DNA of 64,000 bases from Candidatus Binatia bacterium (GCA_963666515.2 OY762897.2:992001-1056000); one strand, 5' to 3'; counted from the first letter of the stretch, positions 21,376 to 31,737 are shown. Program-made: numbers and translations. The notes: a model not told the origin generated them from the sequence alone.

Positions 21376-22296
21376 GTGGGGGAGGGCACTAACCCCGTGG
21401 CGGAAGCTGTGAACACCGCCGATATGCGGCAGCCGGCCGCGCGCCGCCGCGAAGGCCCCGGTCGGGCATGGCGCCGGTTCGTGCGCCACCGGCCGGCCGT
21501 GGTGGGCGCGGCCGTCATCGTGGTGTATCTCCTGGCGGCGCTCCTGGCGGACGTGTTGGCGCCCTACGATCCGCTCGACATGGGCGCGGGGTCGCGGCTG
21601 AGCGGGCCGGACGCTGCCCACTGGTTCGGCACCGACGAGTTCGGACGGGACGTGCTCAGCAGGGTGATCTACGGCGCCCGCATCGCCTTCGTCGTGGGGG
21701 TGCTCTCGGCCATGGGCGCTGCGGTGGTGGGCATGTCGATCGGGGTGCTCGGCGGCTACTTCGGCGGCTTGCTGGACCGCGGGGTCACCATGCTCATCGA
21801 CCTCGTGTTCGCGTTTCCCACCATCCTTCTCGCCATCGCGGTGGCGGCGTTTCTCACCGGCGGGGGCATGCCCCCGTCGGTGCCGGTCATCATCGCCCTT
21901 TGCGTGGTGCAGGCGCCGCACTTCGCCCGGGTCGCGCGCGGGGCTACCATGGCGATCAAGGCGCAGCCGTTCGTGGAGGCCGCCCAGGTGCTGGGAGGTT
22001 CCCATCCGCGCATCATCCGCAGCCACATCGCCCCCAACGTGGTCGCGCCGTTGCTGGTGCAGTTCGCCCTGTCCTTCTCCTATGCCATCCTCGCGGAGTC
22101 GTCCCTGAGCTTCCTCGGCGTGGGCCACCCGCCTCCGGCGCCTTCCTGGGGCGCTATGCTGACCGGCGCCTACGGCTACGTGGAACGGGCTCCGTGGGCC
22201 GCGTTTTTCCCCGGAATGGCCATCACGCTGCTCATCCTGGGGTTCAATATACTGGGCGATGGACTGAGGGATTTCTTCGATCCGACAAGGCGTTAG
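21376..22296 (+). CDS. ABC transporter permease (DppC/OppC-like)
   Basis: HWFGTDEFGRD, FVEAA, LSFLG, PSWG, GDGLRD. Confidence 0.92.
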   Translation: MGEGTNPVAEAVNTADMRQPAARRREGPGRAWRRFVRHRPAVVGAAVIVVYLLAALLADVLAPYDPLDMGAGSRLSGPDAAHWFGTDEFGRDVLSRVIYGARIAFVVGVLSAMGAAVVGMSIGVLGGYFGGLLDRGVTMLIDLVFAFPTILLAIAVAAFLTGGGMPPSVPVIIALCVVQAPHFARVARGATMAIKAQPFVEAAQVLGGSHPRIIRSHIAPNVVAPLLVQFALSFSYAILAESSLSFLGVGHPPPAPSWGAMLTGAYGYVERAPWAAFFPGMAITLLILGFNILGDGLRDFFDPTRR

Positions 22297-22455
22297 CAGG
22301 ATTATTTCATGTATGACAACAACGTGGACGGCAGCCGTACCCGGCCGCGGCAGGGGCGACCGGCGGTCGCCTCTACTTGCGACGCCACCGGCGAGCGGCT
22401 ATTGTCCATCAAGGTGCACTGAAGGCGCCTTTCGCGCCTTCCAAGGAGGTGTCCA

Positions 22456-24147
22456 ATGCCAGAATCGAGCGTGTCGACACCGACTCCCACCGCCGACGTC
22501 GCCTTTGTCGGCGGCCCCATCGTGACCGTCAATGCCCGCGACGAGGTGGCCGAGGCGCTGGCCATCCGCGGCCGGAACATCCTTCGGGTGGGCAGCCGGG
22601 CCTACGTCGAGCAGACCATCGGCCGGGAGACGGAGGTGGTGAACCTCGACGGGCGCGCGGTGACGCCCGGGTTCATCGACAACCACATCCACATGACCAA
22701 CGGCCAGCAGCGCCACTGGGTGGACTGCACCTACGCCGCCTGCCCGTCCATCGCGGACATCGTCGCCAGCGTCAAGGAGCGCGTCGCGCAGGTCAAGCCC
22801 GGCGAGTGGATATGGGGGCGGGGTTTCCAGGCGACGCGTCTCACCGACCGGCGCAACCCCAACCGCTTCGACCTCGATCCGGTGTCGCCCGACAACCCGG
22901 TGGCCATCTCCAACCGCGAGTCCATGGGTTGGACCTTCAACACCGCGGGGTTGCGGCGCATGGGGGTCCAGGACGATACGCCCGACCCTCCCGGAGGCCC
23001 GATGGAACGGGACGACCAGGACCGTCCCCTGGGTCCCATGTGGGACAACACCCGCACCGTGTTCATCATGCCGGTCCTGCCCAAGTGGGGCGTGGACGAG
23101 ATGATGGACGGTTTCCAGTGGATGGCCGAGGAGCTGAACCGCAACGGCGTCACCACGGCGTTCGAGGCCGCCATCCGCTACCGCCGGGACACCGCGGCGT
23201 TGCAGCGGCTGCACCGCCAAGCGTCGCCGAGCCTGCGCGTGGTCATGGGCCCCTATCCTGTGCACGGCGAAGGTTGGGACCTCGAGGGCGCCGCCGGGAA
23301 GATATGGGAAACCGGGTTGGCGACCAACTACGGCACCGAGTGGCTCAAGCTCGGCGCGCTTCAGATCGGCATCGACGGCGGCGTGATCGGCCAGACCGCG
23401 GCCCTGTTCGAGCCCTACAGCAACGACCCGGAGGGGAAGAAGCTCGGCAGCTTCCGGCTCACCCAGGAGGTGGCCAACGACTTCATGGAGCAGGTCCAGG
23501 CCAACGATTGGCAGGCCGGACTCATCTGCCACGGCGACCACGGCATCCATCGGTCGCTGGAAGCCATCGCCCACGGCCGCGAGAAGGTGGCGGCGCACGA
23601 CCTGCGCCACCGGCTGGAGCACGCCTACCTCTGGAACCCGCGGGTCATGGACCGCATGGCGGAACTGGGCGTCATCTGGAACACGCAGCCGCCGATCCTG
23701 GAGAGCATCGGCAGCGAGGGAGTCCACGGCCAGTGGGGCGACCGGGCGCGCTACGCGTTCCCGTTCAAGTCGCTGACCGACCGGGGCGTCATCATCTCCG
23801 GCGGCTCGGACTGGCCCGTGGGGCTGTACAACCCGCTTCAGGGCATCGACATCCTGGTGAACCACCGTTTCGGACCTGAAGAGGGCGGCGAGGTGCTCAA
23901 CGCTGACGAGGGCGTGAGTGTGCTGCAGGCTATCCGGATCTATACGTACAACTGCGCCTACACGTCGTTCGACGAAGATCGGACGGGTTCCCTGGAGGAG
24001 GGCAAACGAGCCGATCTGGCGCTCCTCTCGGAGAACATTCTCATGGCGGCGCCCACGTCGATACGGGACATCAAGGCCGACCGCACCTACGTGGACGGCC
24101 GCCTCGTGTTTGAACGGAAGGAGTCCGCGGCCGGCGGAGACGCGTAG
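22456..24147 (+). CDS. Amidohydrolase_3 family protein, paralog of 16816-18465
   Basis: PGFIDNHIH; shares DDTPDPPGGPM, LGPMWDN, GQTAALFEPYSNDP and RHRLEHAYLWN with the paralog. Confidence 0.9.
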   Translation: MPESSVSTPTPTADVAFVGGPIVTVNARDEVAEALAIRGRNILRVGSRAYVEQTIGRETEVVNLDGRAVTPGFIDNHIHMTNGQQRHWVDCTYAACPSIADIVASVKERVAQVKPGEWIWGRGFQATRLTDRRNPNRFDLDPVSPDNPVAISNRESMGWTFNTAGLRRMGVQDDTPDPPGGPMERDDQDRPLGPMWDNTRTVFIMPVLPKWGVDEMMDGFQWMAEELNRNGVTTAFEAAIRYRRDTAALQRLHRQASPSLRVVMGPYPVHGEGWDLEGAAGKIWETGLATNYGTEWLKLGALQIGIDGGVIGQTAALFEPYSNDPEGKKLGSFRLTQEVANDFMEQVQANDWQAGLICHGDHGIHRSLEAIAHGREKVAAHDLRHRLEHAYLWNPRVMDRMAELGVIWNTQPPILESIGSEGVHGQWGDRARYAFPFKSLTDRGVIISGGSDWPVGLYNPLQGIDILVNHRFGPEEGGEVLNADEGVSVLQAIRIYTYNCAYTSFDEDRTGSLEEGKRADLALLSENILMAAPTSIRDIKADRTYVDGRLVFERKESAAGGDA

Positions 24148-24203
24148 ACGGTCTCTTGCGCGCGGCTTGCGGTTCACGCGGGGATTGAAGACAGGAGGGA
24201 ATC

Positions 24204-25370
24204 ATGGCGCTGGCACTCGTGGGCGCCCGCATCATGACCGCATCCAACGGCGTGATCGACGAGGGCACCCTGCTGATCGAAGGCCGAACCATCGAAGCCA
24301 TCGGTGCCGGCGTTCCCACGCCCGCGGGCGCCGAGGTCTGGGACGTGCGGGGCAAGGTGCTCATCCCGGGGATGATCGACGCCCACACCCACCTGGGGCT
24401 GTGCCAGGACGGGGTAGGGGCGAGCCAGAGCGACGAGGACGAAGTGGGCGACCCGGTGGTGCCGCACCTGCGCGCGCTGGACGCCATCAACCCCGAAGAC
24501 ATCGCCTTCCAGGACGCGCTCAAGGGCGGGGTCACCACGGTGGGAGTGATGCCCGGCAGCTACAACGTCATCTGCGGTCAGCCCGCCGCGGTGAAGGTGG
24601 TGGGGCGGACGCTGGAGGAGATGCTGGTGCGCGCCCCGGTGGGCATGAAGATCGCCTTCGGGGAGCGTCCCAAGCAGGTGTACGGCGGCATGAAGAAGAG
24701 CCCGATGACGCGCATGGGCATCGCCGCCATCCTGCGGGAAGGGCTGATCCGTGCCCAGGAGTACATCGCATCGCAGGCGCGCACCAACTTGGCGGGTGGT
24801 TTTCGACGGGATCTTCGGCAGGAGGCCATGGTGCCGGTGGTCCGCAAGCAGATTCCGCTGCGCGCCCACGCGCACCGGGCCGATGACATCATGACGGCCA
24901 TCCGCATCGCGCAGGAGTTCGACCTCGACCTGATCATCGAGCACGGCACCGACGGGTACAAGGTGGCCGCGGAGCTGTCGGAGGCCGGAGTCGGGGTGGT
25001 CCATGGCCCGTGGCTCAAGACCCGCGGCAACCTGGAGCAGTCGGGCCGCAGCCCGGACTCGCCGCGCATGCTCATCGAAAACGGCGTGCTCACGGCCTTT
25101 TCCACCGATCACCCGGTGATTCCCATCCAGAATCACCGGATGCAGGGCATGACCGCGGTGGACCACGGGGTGAGCCCCGACGAGGCGCTCAAGGCGCTGA
25201 CGCTCAACTCCGCCCGGCTCATGGGCATCGACGAGCGGGTTGGAAGCCTGGAGAAGGGCAAGGATGCGGACGTGGTGGTGCTGTCGGGTCCGCCCTTCGA
25301 CGCGGCGACGCAGGTGGAGGGCGTTGTCGTGAACGGAAGCATCGGCTGGAAACGCGAGTCGGACGGTTGA
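24204..25370 (+). CDS. Amidohydrolase_1 family protein (HutI-like)
   Basis: PGMIDAHTHLG, KIAFGE.PK, HAHRADD, EHG, TDHP, GKDAD. Confidence 0.88.
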   Translation: MALALVGARIMTASNGVIDEGTLLIEGRTIEAIGAGVPTPAGAEVWDVRGKVLIPGMIDAHTHLGLCQDGVGASQSDEDEVGDPVVPHLRALDAINPEDIAFQDALKGGVTTVGVMPGSYNVICGQPAAVKVVGRTLEEMLVRAPVGMKIAFGERPKQVYGGMKKSPMTRMGIAAILREGLIRAQEYIASQARTNLAGGFRRDLRQEAMVPVVRKQIPLRAHAHRADDIMTAIRIAQEFDLDLIIEHGTDGYKVAAELSEAGVGVVHGPWLKTRGNLEQSGRSPDSPRMLIENGVLTAFSTDHPVIPIQNHRMQGMTAVDHGVSPDEALKALTLNSARLMGIDERVGSLEKGKDADVVVLSGPPFDAATQVEGVVVNGSIGWKRESDG

Positions 25371-25423
25371 CTCTGTCCAGGCGCGCGAACCCTTTGTCCA
25401 AAGGTCTTGGGAAGGAGACCCTC

Positions 25424-25792
25424 ATGGCACGCATCCGTCATATCGCCATTCTCACGGACGACAAGGAAAAGCTGGTGGAGTATTACACCGGCGTGTTCGG
25501 GCTCAAGGTGGTCAAGGGCGTGGGCACGGCCACCTACCTTTCGGACGGGCACGTGAACTTGGCCATCATCCCCAAGGGGCCGGAGGAGCAGGTGGAGGGG
25601 CGCGCGCTGGACAGCGGCCTCAATCACATCGGCTTCGAGGTGGACGACGTCCAGGCCTTGAAGTCGGTGTCGGACCGGATGGGAGCGGCCGACGACGTGA
25701 GGAAGAGGCCGCCCAATCGCGAAGCGGAATACCGGGTGCAGGACCCCGACGGCAACCTTATCGACCTGTCGCAGCACGGCTGGCCGGTGTGA
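25424..25792 (+). CDS. VOC/glyoxalase family protein
   Basis: IRHIAI, YLSDG.VNLA, GLNHIGFEV, DPDGN.IDLS. Confidence 0.85.
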   Translation: MARIRHIAILTDDKEKLVEYYTGVFGLKVVKGVGTATYLSDGHVNLAIIPKGPEEQVEGRALDSGLNHIGFEVDDVQALKSVSDRMGAADDVRKRPPNREAEYRVQDPDGNLIDLSQHGWPV

Positions 25793-25824
25793 AGGACGCC
25801 GCTTTCTGACTTTGGAGACCCCAC

Positions 25825-28407
25825 ATGGCTGAACAGGAACGGGTGCTGCTACCCGACGACGTTGCCCCGAAGCGTTACGACCTCACTCTGAAACCCGACC
25901 TGGAGCGCTTTTCCTTCGACGGCAGCGAGTCCGTGGATGTCGAGGTGAAGACGGCCACCCGCCGGGTCGTCGTGCACGCGACCGAACTGGATATCCACTC
26001 GGCGGTGCTGGAGCGGGACGGGGTGTCCCGCGAGCCCGAGTCCATCGAGGCCAACGAGGAGGAAGAGACCGTCGCGTTCGTTTTCAGCGAAGCGCTGGAG
26101 CCTGGGCCTGCCCGGATCGACATCGAGTTCACCGGGCAACTGAACGACAAGATGCACGGCTTCTACCGCGGCGTCTACCACCAGGACGGTGAGAAGCGGA
26201 TCATGGCGGTGACGCAGTTCGAGGCCACCGACGCCCGGCGCGCCTTCCCCTGCTGGGACGAGCCGGCGCGCAAGGCCGTGTTCGCGGTGACGCTGGTGGT
26301 GCCGGAGGACCGGACGGCGGTCTCCAACATGCCGCCCAGTGAAGTCGAGACCGGAGACGATGGGCTCAAGACCGTGCGCTTCGCCGACACCCCGGTCATG
26401 TCCACGTATCTCCTGGCATTCATCGTGGGCGAGTTCGACCACGTCGAGACTCAGACTGCGGAAGGCGTGACGGTCCGGGTCTACACGCCGGTGGGCCGGC
26501 GGGAGCAGGGGCGGTTCGCCCTGGACGTGGCCGCCCGCACATTGTCGTTTTTCCACGAATACTTCGACATCGCCTATCCGTTGCCCAAGATGGACCTGCT
26601 GGCGATTCCGGACTTCGCCGCCGGGGCCATGGAGAACTGGGGCGCGGTGACCTACCGCGAGACCGCCATCCTGGTGGACCCCGAAGAGTCGTCCGCGGGC
26701 ACGCGCCAGCGGGTGGCCATCATCGTCGCCCACGAGCTGGCGCACCAGTGGTTCGGCAACCTCGTCACCATGGAGTGGTGGACCCACCTGTGGCTCAACG
26801 AAGGCTTCGCCTCGTGGATCGAGTTCATGGCGGTGGACCACCTGTTCCCGGAATGGGACATGTGGACGCAGTTCGTCTACAGCGATTTCGGCCGCGCCCT
26901 CTCCCTGGACGGGCTCAAGAGCTCCCACCCCATCGAGATAGAGGTGCGGGACCCCAAGCAGATCAGCGAGATATTCGACGGCATCAGCTACAGCAAGGGC
27001 GCTTCGGTGATACGGATGCTGGCCGCCTACCTGGGCGCGGACACCTTCCGCAGCGGATTGCAGCGCTACCTCGAACGGCACCAGTACGCCAACGCCACCA
27101 CCGAGGACCTGTGGCAGGCCCTGGCGGAGGAGTCCGGCAAGCCGGTGAAGCAGATCATGGACACCTGGACCAAGCAGACCGGCTATCCGCTGCTGTCCGT
27201 GGACGCGAGCCGGGGAGAGGTGGAGCTTCACCAGACGCGGTTCTTCCTGAGCGGCGTCCCGGATCGGGACGACAGCAGCCGGTGGTCGGTTCCGCTGGGC
27301 ATCCGCACGGAGGGGGCGGAGGATACGTTCCGCGTCGTGGAGGACGAGAAGACGAGGATCGGCCTCGGCGGCAACCGCGGCGGATGGGTCAAGGTCAACC
27401 CGGACCAGACCGGGTTCTACCGGATCAACTACAGCGCCGAGCTGTGGGACCGGCTCGGGGCTGCGGTGCAGGCGGGGGAGCTTTCGTCGGCCACGGACCG
27501 GCTGGGTCTCCAGAACGACGCGTTCGCTCTGGCGCGGGCCGGCTATCTCGACCCGGGACGGCCCCTGGCCCTGGCGCCGGCCTACCTGAACGAGACGGAC
27601 TACACGGTGTGGGCCGACCTGTCGGAGAATATCCGCGCCTACGACATCCTGCTGCTGGGACAGCCCTGCCACGAGCCGTTCCGCGCTTTCGCCCGCAGCC
27701 TGTACCAGACCATCTACGGCAGCCTGGGGTGGGACGCCCGGCCGGGCGAGAGCCATCTCACGAAGTTGCTCCGGCCCATGGTGATCGGTCTGCTGGCGCG
27801 CTACGGCGGCGGGCAGGTGAACGCCGAAGCCCTGCGCCGGTTCGATCAGGGCGCCCGGGACGGGACGCCGGTGGCGCCGGACCTGCGGACTGCGGTGTAC
27901 GGCCAAGTGGTGGAAAGCCGCGGGCTGGAAGGATACGAGGCGGTGCTGGGCATCTACAGGGAAGCGGAGCTTCACGAAGAGAAGAACCGCTGCCTGCGGT
28001 CGTTGGGCAGCAGCGCCGACCCGGACCTGCTTCGGCGGACGTTGGAGTTCTCGCTGTCCGACGAGGTGCGCGGACAGGATACCCCGCTGGCGATTGCCGG
28101 CGTCGCCATGAACCCGTTGGGACGGGACCTGGCGTGGGATTTCCTGCGGGAGAAATGGGCCGAGTTCGACCGCCGGTACGGGCAGGGCGGCTTCATCATC
28201 GCGCGGATCATCTCCATCACCACCGAGGACTTCACCACCCTGGAGAAGGCCGGAGAGGTGGAAGCCTTCTTCGAGGCGCACCCCGCGCCCGCGGCGGCGC
28301 GCACGGTGCGCCAGTCGCTGGAGCGGATCCGCTCCAACGCGCTCTGGCTGGAGCGCGACGGCGACGCCATCGCAAGCTGGCTCGACGCATATGAGCCGGC
28401 GTCGTAG
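25825..28407 (+). CDS. M1 family aminopeptidase with ERAP1-like C-terminal domain
   Basis: TQFEATDARRAFPCWDEP, GAMENWG, HELAHQWFGN...WLNEG, YSKG. Confidence 0.95.
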   Translation: MAEQERVLLPDDVAPKRYDLTLKPDLERFSFDGSESVDVEVKTATRRVVVHATELDIHSAVLERDGVSREPESIEANEEEETVAFVFSEALEPGPARIDIEFTGQLNDKMHGFYRGVYHQDGEKRIMAVTQFEATDARRAFPCWDEPARKAVFAVTLVVPEDRTAVSNMPPSEVETGDDGLKTVRFADTPVMSTYLLAFIVGEFDHVETQTAEGVTVRVYTPVGRREQGRFALDVAARTLSFFHEYFDIAYPLPKMDLLAIPDFAAGAMENWGAVTYRETAILVDPEESSAGTRQRVAIIVAHELAHQWFGNLVTMEWWTHLWLNEGFASWIEFMAVDHLFPEWDMWTQFVYSDFGRALSLDGLKSSHPIEIEVRDPKQISEIFDGISYSKGASVIRMLAAYLGADTFRSGLQRYLERHQYANATTEDLWQALAEESGKPVKQIMDTWTKQTGYPLLSVDASRGEVELHQTRFFLSGVPDRDDSSRWSVPLGIRTEGAEDTFRVVEDEKTRIGLGGNRGGWVKVNPDQTGFYRINYSAELWDRLGAAVQAGELSSATDRLGLQNDAFALARAGYLDPGRPLALAPAYLNETDYTVWADLSENIRAYDILLLGQPCHEPFRAFARSLYQTIYGSLGWDARPGESHLTKLLRPMVIGLLARYGGGQVNAEALRRFDQGARDGTPVAPDLRTAVYGQVVESRGLEGYEAVLGIYREAELHEEKNRCLRSLGSSADPDLLRRTLEFSLSDEVRGQDTPLAIAGVAMNPLGRDLAWDFLREKWAEFDRRYGQGGFIIARIISITTEDFTTLEKAGEVEAFFEAHPAPAAARTVRQSLERIRSNALWLERDGDAIASWLDAYEPAS

Positions 28408-28482
28408 GCGCGGGTCTCAGACCCGCCTGTGTCCGCACCATTGCCCGGCACGGAGGACACAATCAGACAAGGGAGACACCTT

Positions 28483-29325
28483 ATGGCGGGAAATGCCGAG
28501 TTGCTTTCGTTCGTAACCTCGGACCAGGAGACGCTGCACGGTGCGCTGTTTCGCATGGAGGACTCGCCTCGCCCCGACTTGGCGCTGGTGCTGATCCACG
28601 GCGTCGCCATGAGCTTCTACACCGGCCCGCTGCCGGTGTTCGCCGAGGCTCTGGCCGGACGCGGCCACCATGCCTTCTCCATCAACACGCGCGGACATGA
28701 CTGGATCTCCCGCGGCGGCGACCTCACCGCTTTCCGGGGCGCCACCTACGAGAACTTCGAGGAATGCCTGCTGGACGTGGACGCGGCCATCGACCGTTTG
28801 AAGCAGGAAGGCTATGCGCGCTTCGTGCTGGTGGGCCACAGCCTGGGCTCGGTCAAGTCTCTCTACTACCAGGGGACACGGCAGCGCGACGATGTGGTCG
28901 GTGTGATCTCATGCTCTGCCCCCAAGCAGTTCTACGCCGCCCGCTGCGCGGAGGACCCGGAGTTCGAGGCGCGCATGGCCGGCGCCGAGAGCCGGGTGGC
29001 CGCAGGGGAAGGGGAGGAGTACCTGTGGGCGCCGGCCAGCGGCGCCACCGGCCTGTTCACCTACAGGACCTACGTCAGCAAGTACGGCCGCCACGAGACC
29101 AACGACGTGCGCCCCCACGCCGCTCGGCTGGGCTGTCCCCTACTGGTGACTGCGGGAGAGATCGAGGCCGCCTATTTCCGCGAGTACGCCCATGAACTGG
29201 ACAAGGCAGCGGGTCCCGACAACTGCACCTGCATCATCGTCCCCGGCGCCAACCACTTCTACGCCGGCTGCGAGGCCTTCATGATCGACGCCCTCGACGG
29301 CTGGTTGAAGGAGCATGTTGCCTAG
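28483..29325 (+). CDS. Alpha/beta fold hydrolase
   Basis: IHG, NTRGHD, nucleophile GHSLG, C-terminal GANHFY. Confidence 0.85.
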   Translation: MAGNAELLSFVTSDQETLHGALFRMEDSPRPDLALVLIHGVAMSFYTGPLPVFAEALAGRGHHAFSINTRGHDWISRGGDLTAFRGATYENFEECLLDVDAAIDRLKQEGYARFVLVGHSLGSVKSLYYQGTRQRDDVVGVISCSAPKQFYAARCAEDPEFEARMAGAESRVAAGEGEEYLWAPASGATGLFTYRTYVSKYGRHETNDVRPHAARLGCPLLVTAGEIEAAYFREYAHELDKAAGPDNCTCIIVPGANHFYAGCEAFMIDALDGWLKEHVA

Positions 29326-29369
29326 CGCACTCGCCTCCTTGTTGGCGCAATGTCGTGCTTGTGCGAAAC

Positions 29370-29732
29370 TCAGGGGCTTCGATTCAATGAGCGCATCCGA
29401 ACCCGATCCTCGGTGACCACGGAGAAGAAGCCCTTCCATTCGACGTGAGACGAGAGGCTCGTCGTCATGAACTCCGCAAGGGACGTTTTGGGTACGTTCG
29501 ACAGCCGGAAAAGGACGATGCCACACGTTACCGGCAAGCCCACAACGTAGGCCAAGTCTCCGAAATCCTTGTCAAACGTTACGAGAACCCGGTCTTGTTC
29601 GGTAGCCTTCTTCAGGACATCGGAATCATCCGAGCCCGGAGCCTCCTCCGACACCCACGCGACATCGTGCCCAGCGCGCCGCAAGCGGTCTACCGCGGCG
29701 CGTGGAATGTTCTCGTCGGCGAGGATTCTCAT
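29370..29732 (-). CDS. DUF5615 PIN-like toxin
   Basis: LADEN, GHDV, D.DVL, VTFDKDFG. Confidence 0.9.
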   Translation of the reverse strand: MRILADENIPRAAVDRLRRAGHDVAWVSEEAPGSDDSDVLKKATEQDRVLVTFDKDFGDLAYVVGLPVTCGIVLFRLSNVPKTSLAEFMTTSLSSHVEWKGFFSVVTEDRVRMRSLNRSP

Positions 29733-29980
29733 GCGCCCGTTGGGCGTTGTGCAGAGTCAATGGGGAAGACCTTCTCCGACCGGAGCAACTCGCCCGCGTA
29801 GTGCAGACAGGCCCTGACGTCCTGGATTCCCAGGGAGGGATAATTCTCCAGGATGTCGGTTTCGTTCCACCCTTGGGCCAGCAGTCCGATGATAAACTCC
29901 ACGGTCAGCCGGGTGCCTCGGACCACCGGTTTTCCGACCATGACGTTCGGGTCCACCACGATGCGGTCTTGCCAACTCAT
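29729..29980 (-). CDS. DUF433 antitoxin
   Basis: DPNVMVGKPVVRGTR, ILENYP.L...DVRACL.YA; overlaps the toxin start. Confidence 0.92.
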   Translation of the reverse strand: MSWQDRIVVDPNVMVGKPVVRGTRLTVEFIIGLLAQGWNETDILENYPSLGIQDVRACLHYAGELLRSEKVFPIDSAQRPTGA

Positions 29981-30028
29981 CGCGCACCTCCGCTGTAAAG
30001 CCGGATGTTCGTCTCGGTTTCTCCAAGG

Positions 30029-30736
30029 CTACAGCCGCGCCAGCAGCCGTCCGTATCCCTCCACCGCCTCGTTCAGCTTCATCGCCTTCAGCGCGGTCCA
30101 TATCCAGGCCTGGGTGTTGGTGACCACGGGTTTGCCGAACTCCTGCTCCAACTGCTCGATGATGGGAGTGATGCGCCACTTGTTGCAGGGCATGTAGAGG
30201 CCGTCGATATCCGGGTGTTCCTTCAGTAGCGGGCGCGCCACCTCCAGCCCCGATTCGGCGGGCAACGCCCATATCTCCCTGGAGTTGGCGCAAGCGAGGC
30301 CCCGGAATTCCTCGACGTGGATGTCGTCGTGCTCCAGGAAACGGACCAGCCGGGCGTCCTGGTCTTCCGGAAAGGGCGTCGCCATCACCACGCGCTTCAT
30401 CCCCAGCTCCCGGCAGGCGTCCACCACCGACGTCAACACCGTGGAAGCCGGCACCGGGGTGACCTCGGCCACGGCCTCCAGTAGATGCCGGTCCGAGCCG
30501 GGTCCCTTGTAGGACAGGAACAGCTCGCCGGTGACCATCAGGAAGTCGAGAGCATACCCGGTCAGTTCCCGGACCAGTCCGAAGAACTCGCTCTCGGCTC
30601 GGGCGAACTCGTGGTCGGTGAACTCGCGCACCTGGAGTCCGCGGCCCTCCACCGTGATGTCCGGCGGCAGGATCCGGTACACGTCGGTGAGGAACTCGTC
30701 ACTGATGTTGGGAGATATCAGGCCAATGCGTTTCAT
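30029..30736 (-). CDS. Maleate isomerase / arylmalonate decarboxylase family (Asp/Glu racemase fold)
   Basis: RIGLISP, MATPF, YMPC, IEQLEQEFGKPVVTNTQA..W, GYGRLL. Confidence 0.82.
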   Translation of the reverse strand: MKRIGLISPNISDEFLTDVYRILPPDITVEGRGLQVREFTDHEFARAESEFFGLVRELTGYALDFLMVTGELFLSYKGPGSDRHLLEAVAEVTPVPASTVLTSVVDACRELGMKRVVMATPFPEDQDARLVRFLEHDDIHVEEFRGLACANSREIWALPAESGLEVARPLLKEHPDIDGLYMPCNKWRITPIIEQLEQEFGKPVVTNTQAWIWTALKAMKLNEAVEGYGRLLARL

Positions 30737-30781
30737 GTTCCACCCTCGCGTGCGTCGTTCTTGCAAGAACCGAACGCCGGT

Positions 30782-31099
30782 TCACACGTTTCCCAGAGAC
30801 AGCAGCGACAGCGACGTCACCTCGAAGTCCTTGACCCAGTACTCGCCGGTGTACATGCCCTCCGCGCCCTTGGCGATGTTGGCCCGGGCCGGACTGGTGA
30901 CGTAGTTCTGCATGTCTTCCTTGGTCTCCCAGAAGGTGAGGGAGATACCTTCGTCCGGATTCTCGGAGCTCCGGAGCAGTTGTCGGCCGCGAAAACCCGG
31001 CATGTTCGCGGTGGCGGGCACCACCACCTCGTTGTAGTACCGTTCGTATTCCGTCCACTTCCCGAGTCGAAGCTTGCCCCAGAAAATTCTGCAGACCAT
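30782..31099 (-). CDS. Antibiotic biosynthesis monooxygenase (ABM) domain protein
   Basis: PGFRG..LLR, SLTFWET.EDM..Y. Confidence 0.75.
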   Translation of the reverse strand: MVCRIFWGKLRLGKWTEYERYYNEVVVPATANMPGFRGRQLLRSSENPDEGISLTFWETKEDMQNYVTSPARANIAKGAEGMYTGEYWVKDFEVTSLSLLSLGNV

Positions 31100-31212
31100 G
31101 GTTTCCTCCTGACAGAGCGATTTAAGAGCCGCGGGGTCGAAGCCGTGTCCTCGCGGACGCGTTCACTACCTGTATTGTAGACGCGAAACCGCGCGGCTCG
31201 CAATCGGCGGTA

Positions 31213-31737
31213 TCACAAAGGCGGGATGATGCCGCCCCCGAGAATGCCGGGCGCCACCTCGGGGACGCTCCCGGTCCACAGGTCCACGCCCAGGAACGCC
31301 ATGCCGGCATACAGGCAGGTTGAAGCCACGAGGCTGGCGAAAAACGCGCCGGCAAGGCGCATCCGCGCTTCGGTGACGAGGTAGGCGACGATGAAGAGCG
31401 GCGGGATCACGAACATCCCCAACAGAAAGACGGCCGCGAAGAATCCGATGGCCCAGCTCATCATGCGCACGACGGGCCCCCACGAAGTCGAGGACTGATC
31501 CACCGCCGCGTCGGGGGTCTCCTGCCGGCCGCCCCACAGGTCGTCCAGCGCGGAGTCGAGCCATTGCATGACGGGGGGATGGAACTCGCCCGCCAACAGC
31601 ACGATCGTCAATGCCAGGGTAGGGAGGCCCACCACCAGCGGCAGCATCTGGACTTCCGGCGGATAGCCGAGTCCGGCCCACAGCAGGAGTGCGATGAATC
31701 CGCTGACCGACGCGGTGAAGAGCAGGGAGCCTCTCAT
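31213..31737 (-). CDS. Tripartite tricarboxylate transporter TctB-like small membrane subunit
   Basis: 4-5 TM segments, coupled to the tctA stop. Confidence 0.75.
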   Translation of the reverse strand: MRGSLLFTASVSGFIALLLWAGLGYPPEVQMLPLVVGLPTLALTIVLLAGEFHPPVMQWLDSALDDLWGGRQETPDAAVDQSSTSWGPVVRMMSWAIGFFAAVFLLGMFVIPPLFIVAYLVTEARMRLAGAFFASLVASTCLYAGMAFLGVDLWTGSVPEVAPGILGGGIIPPL

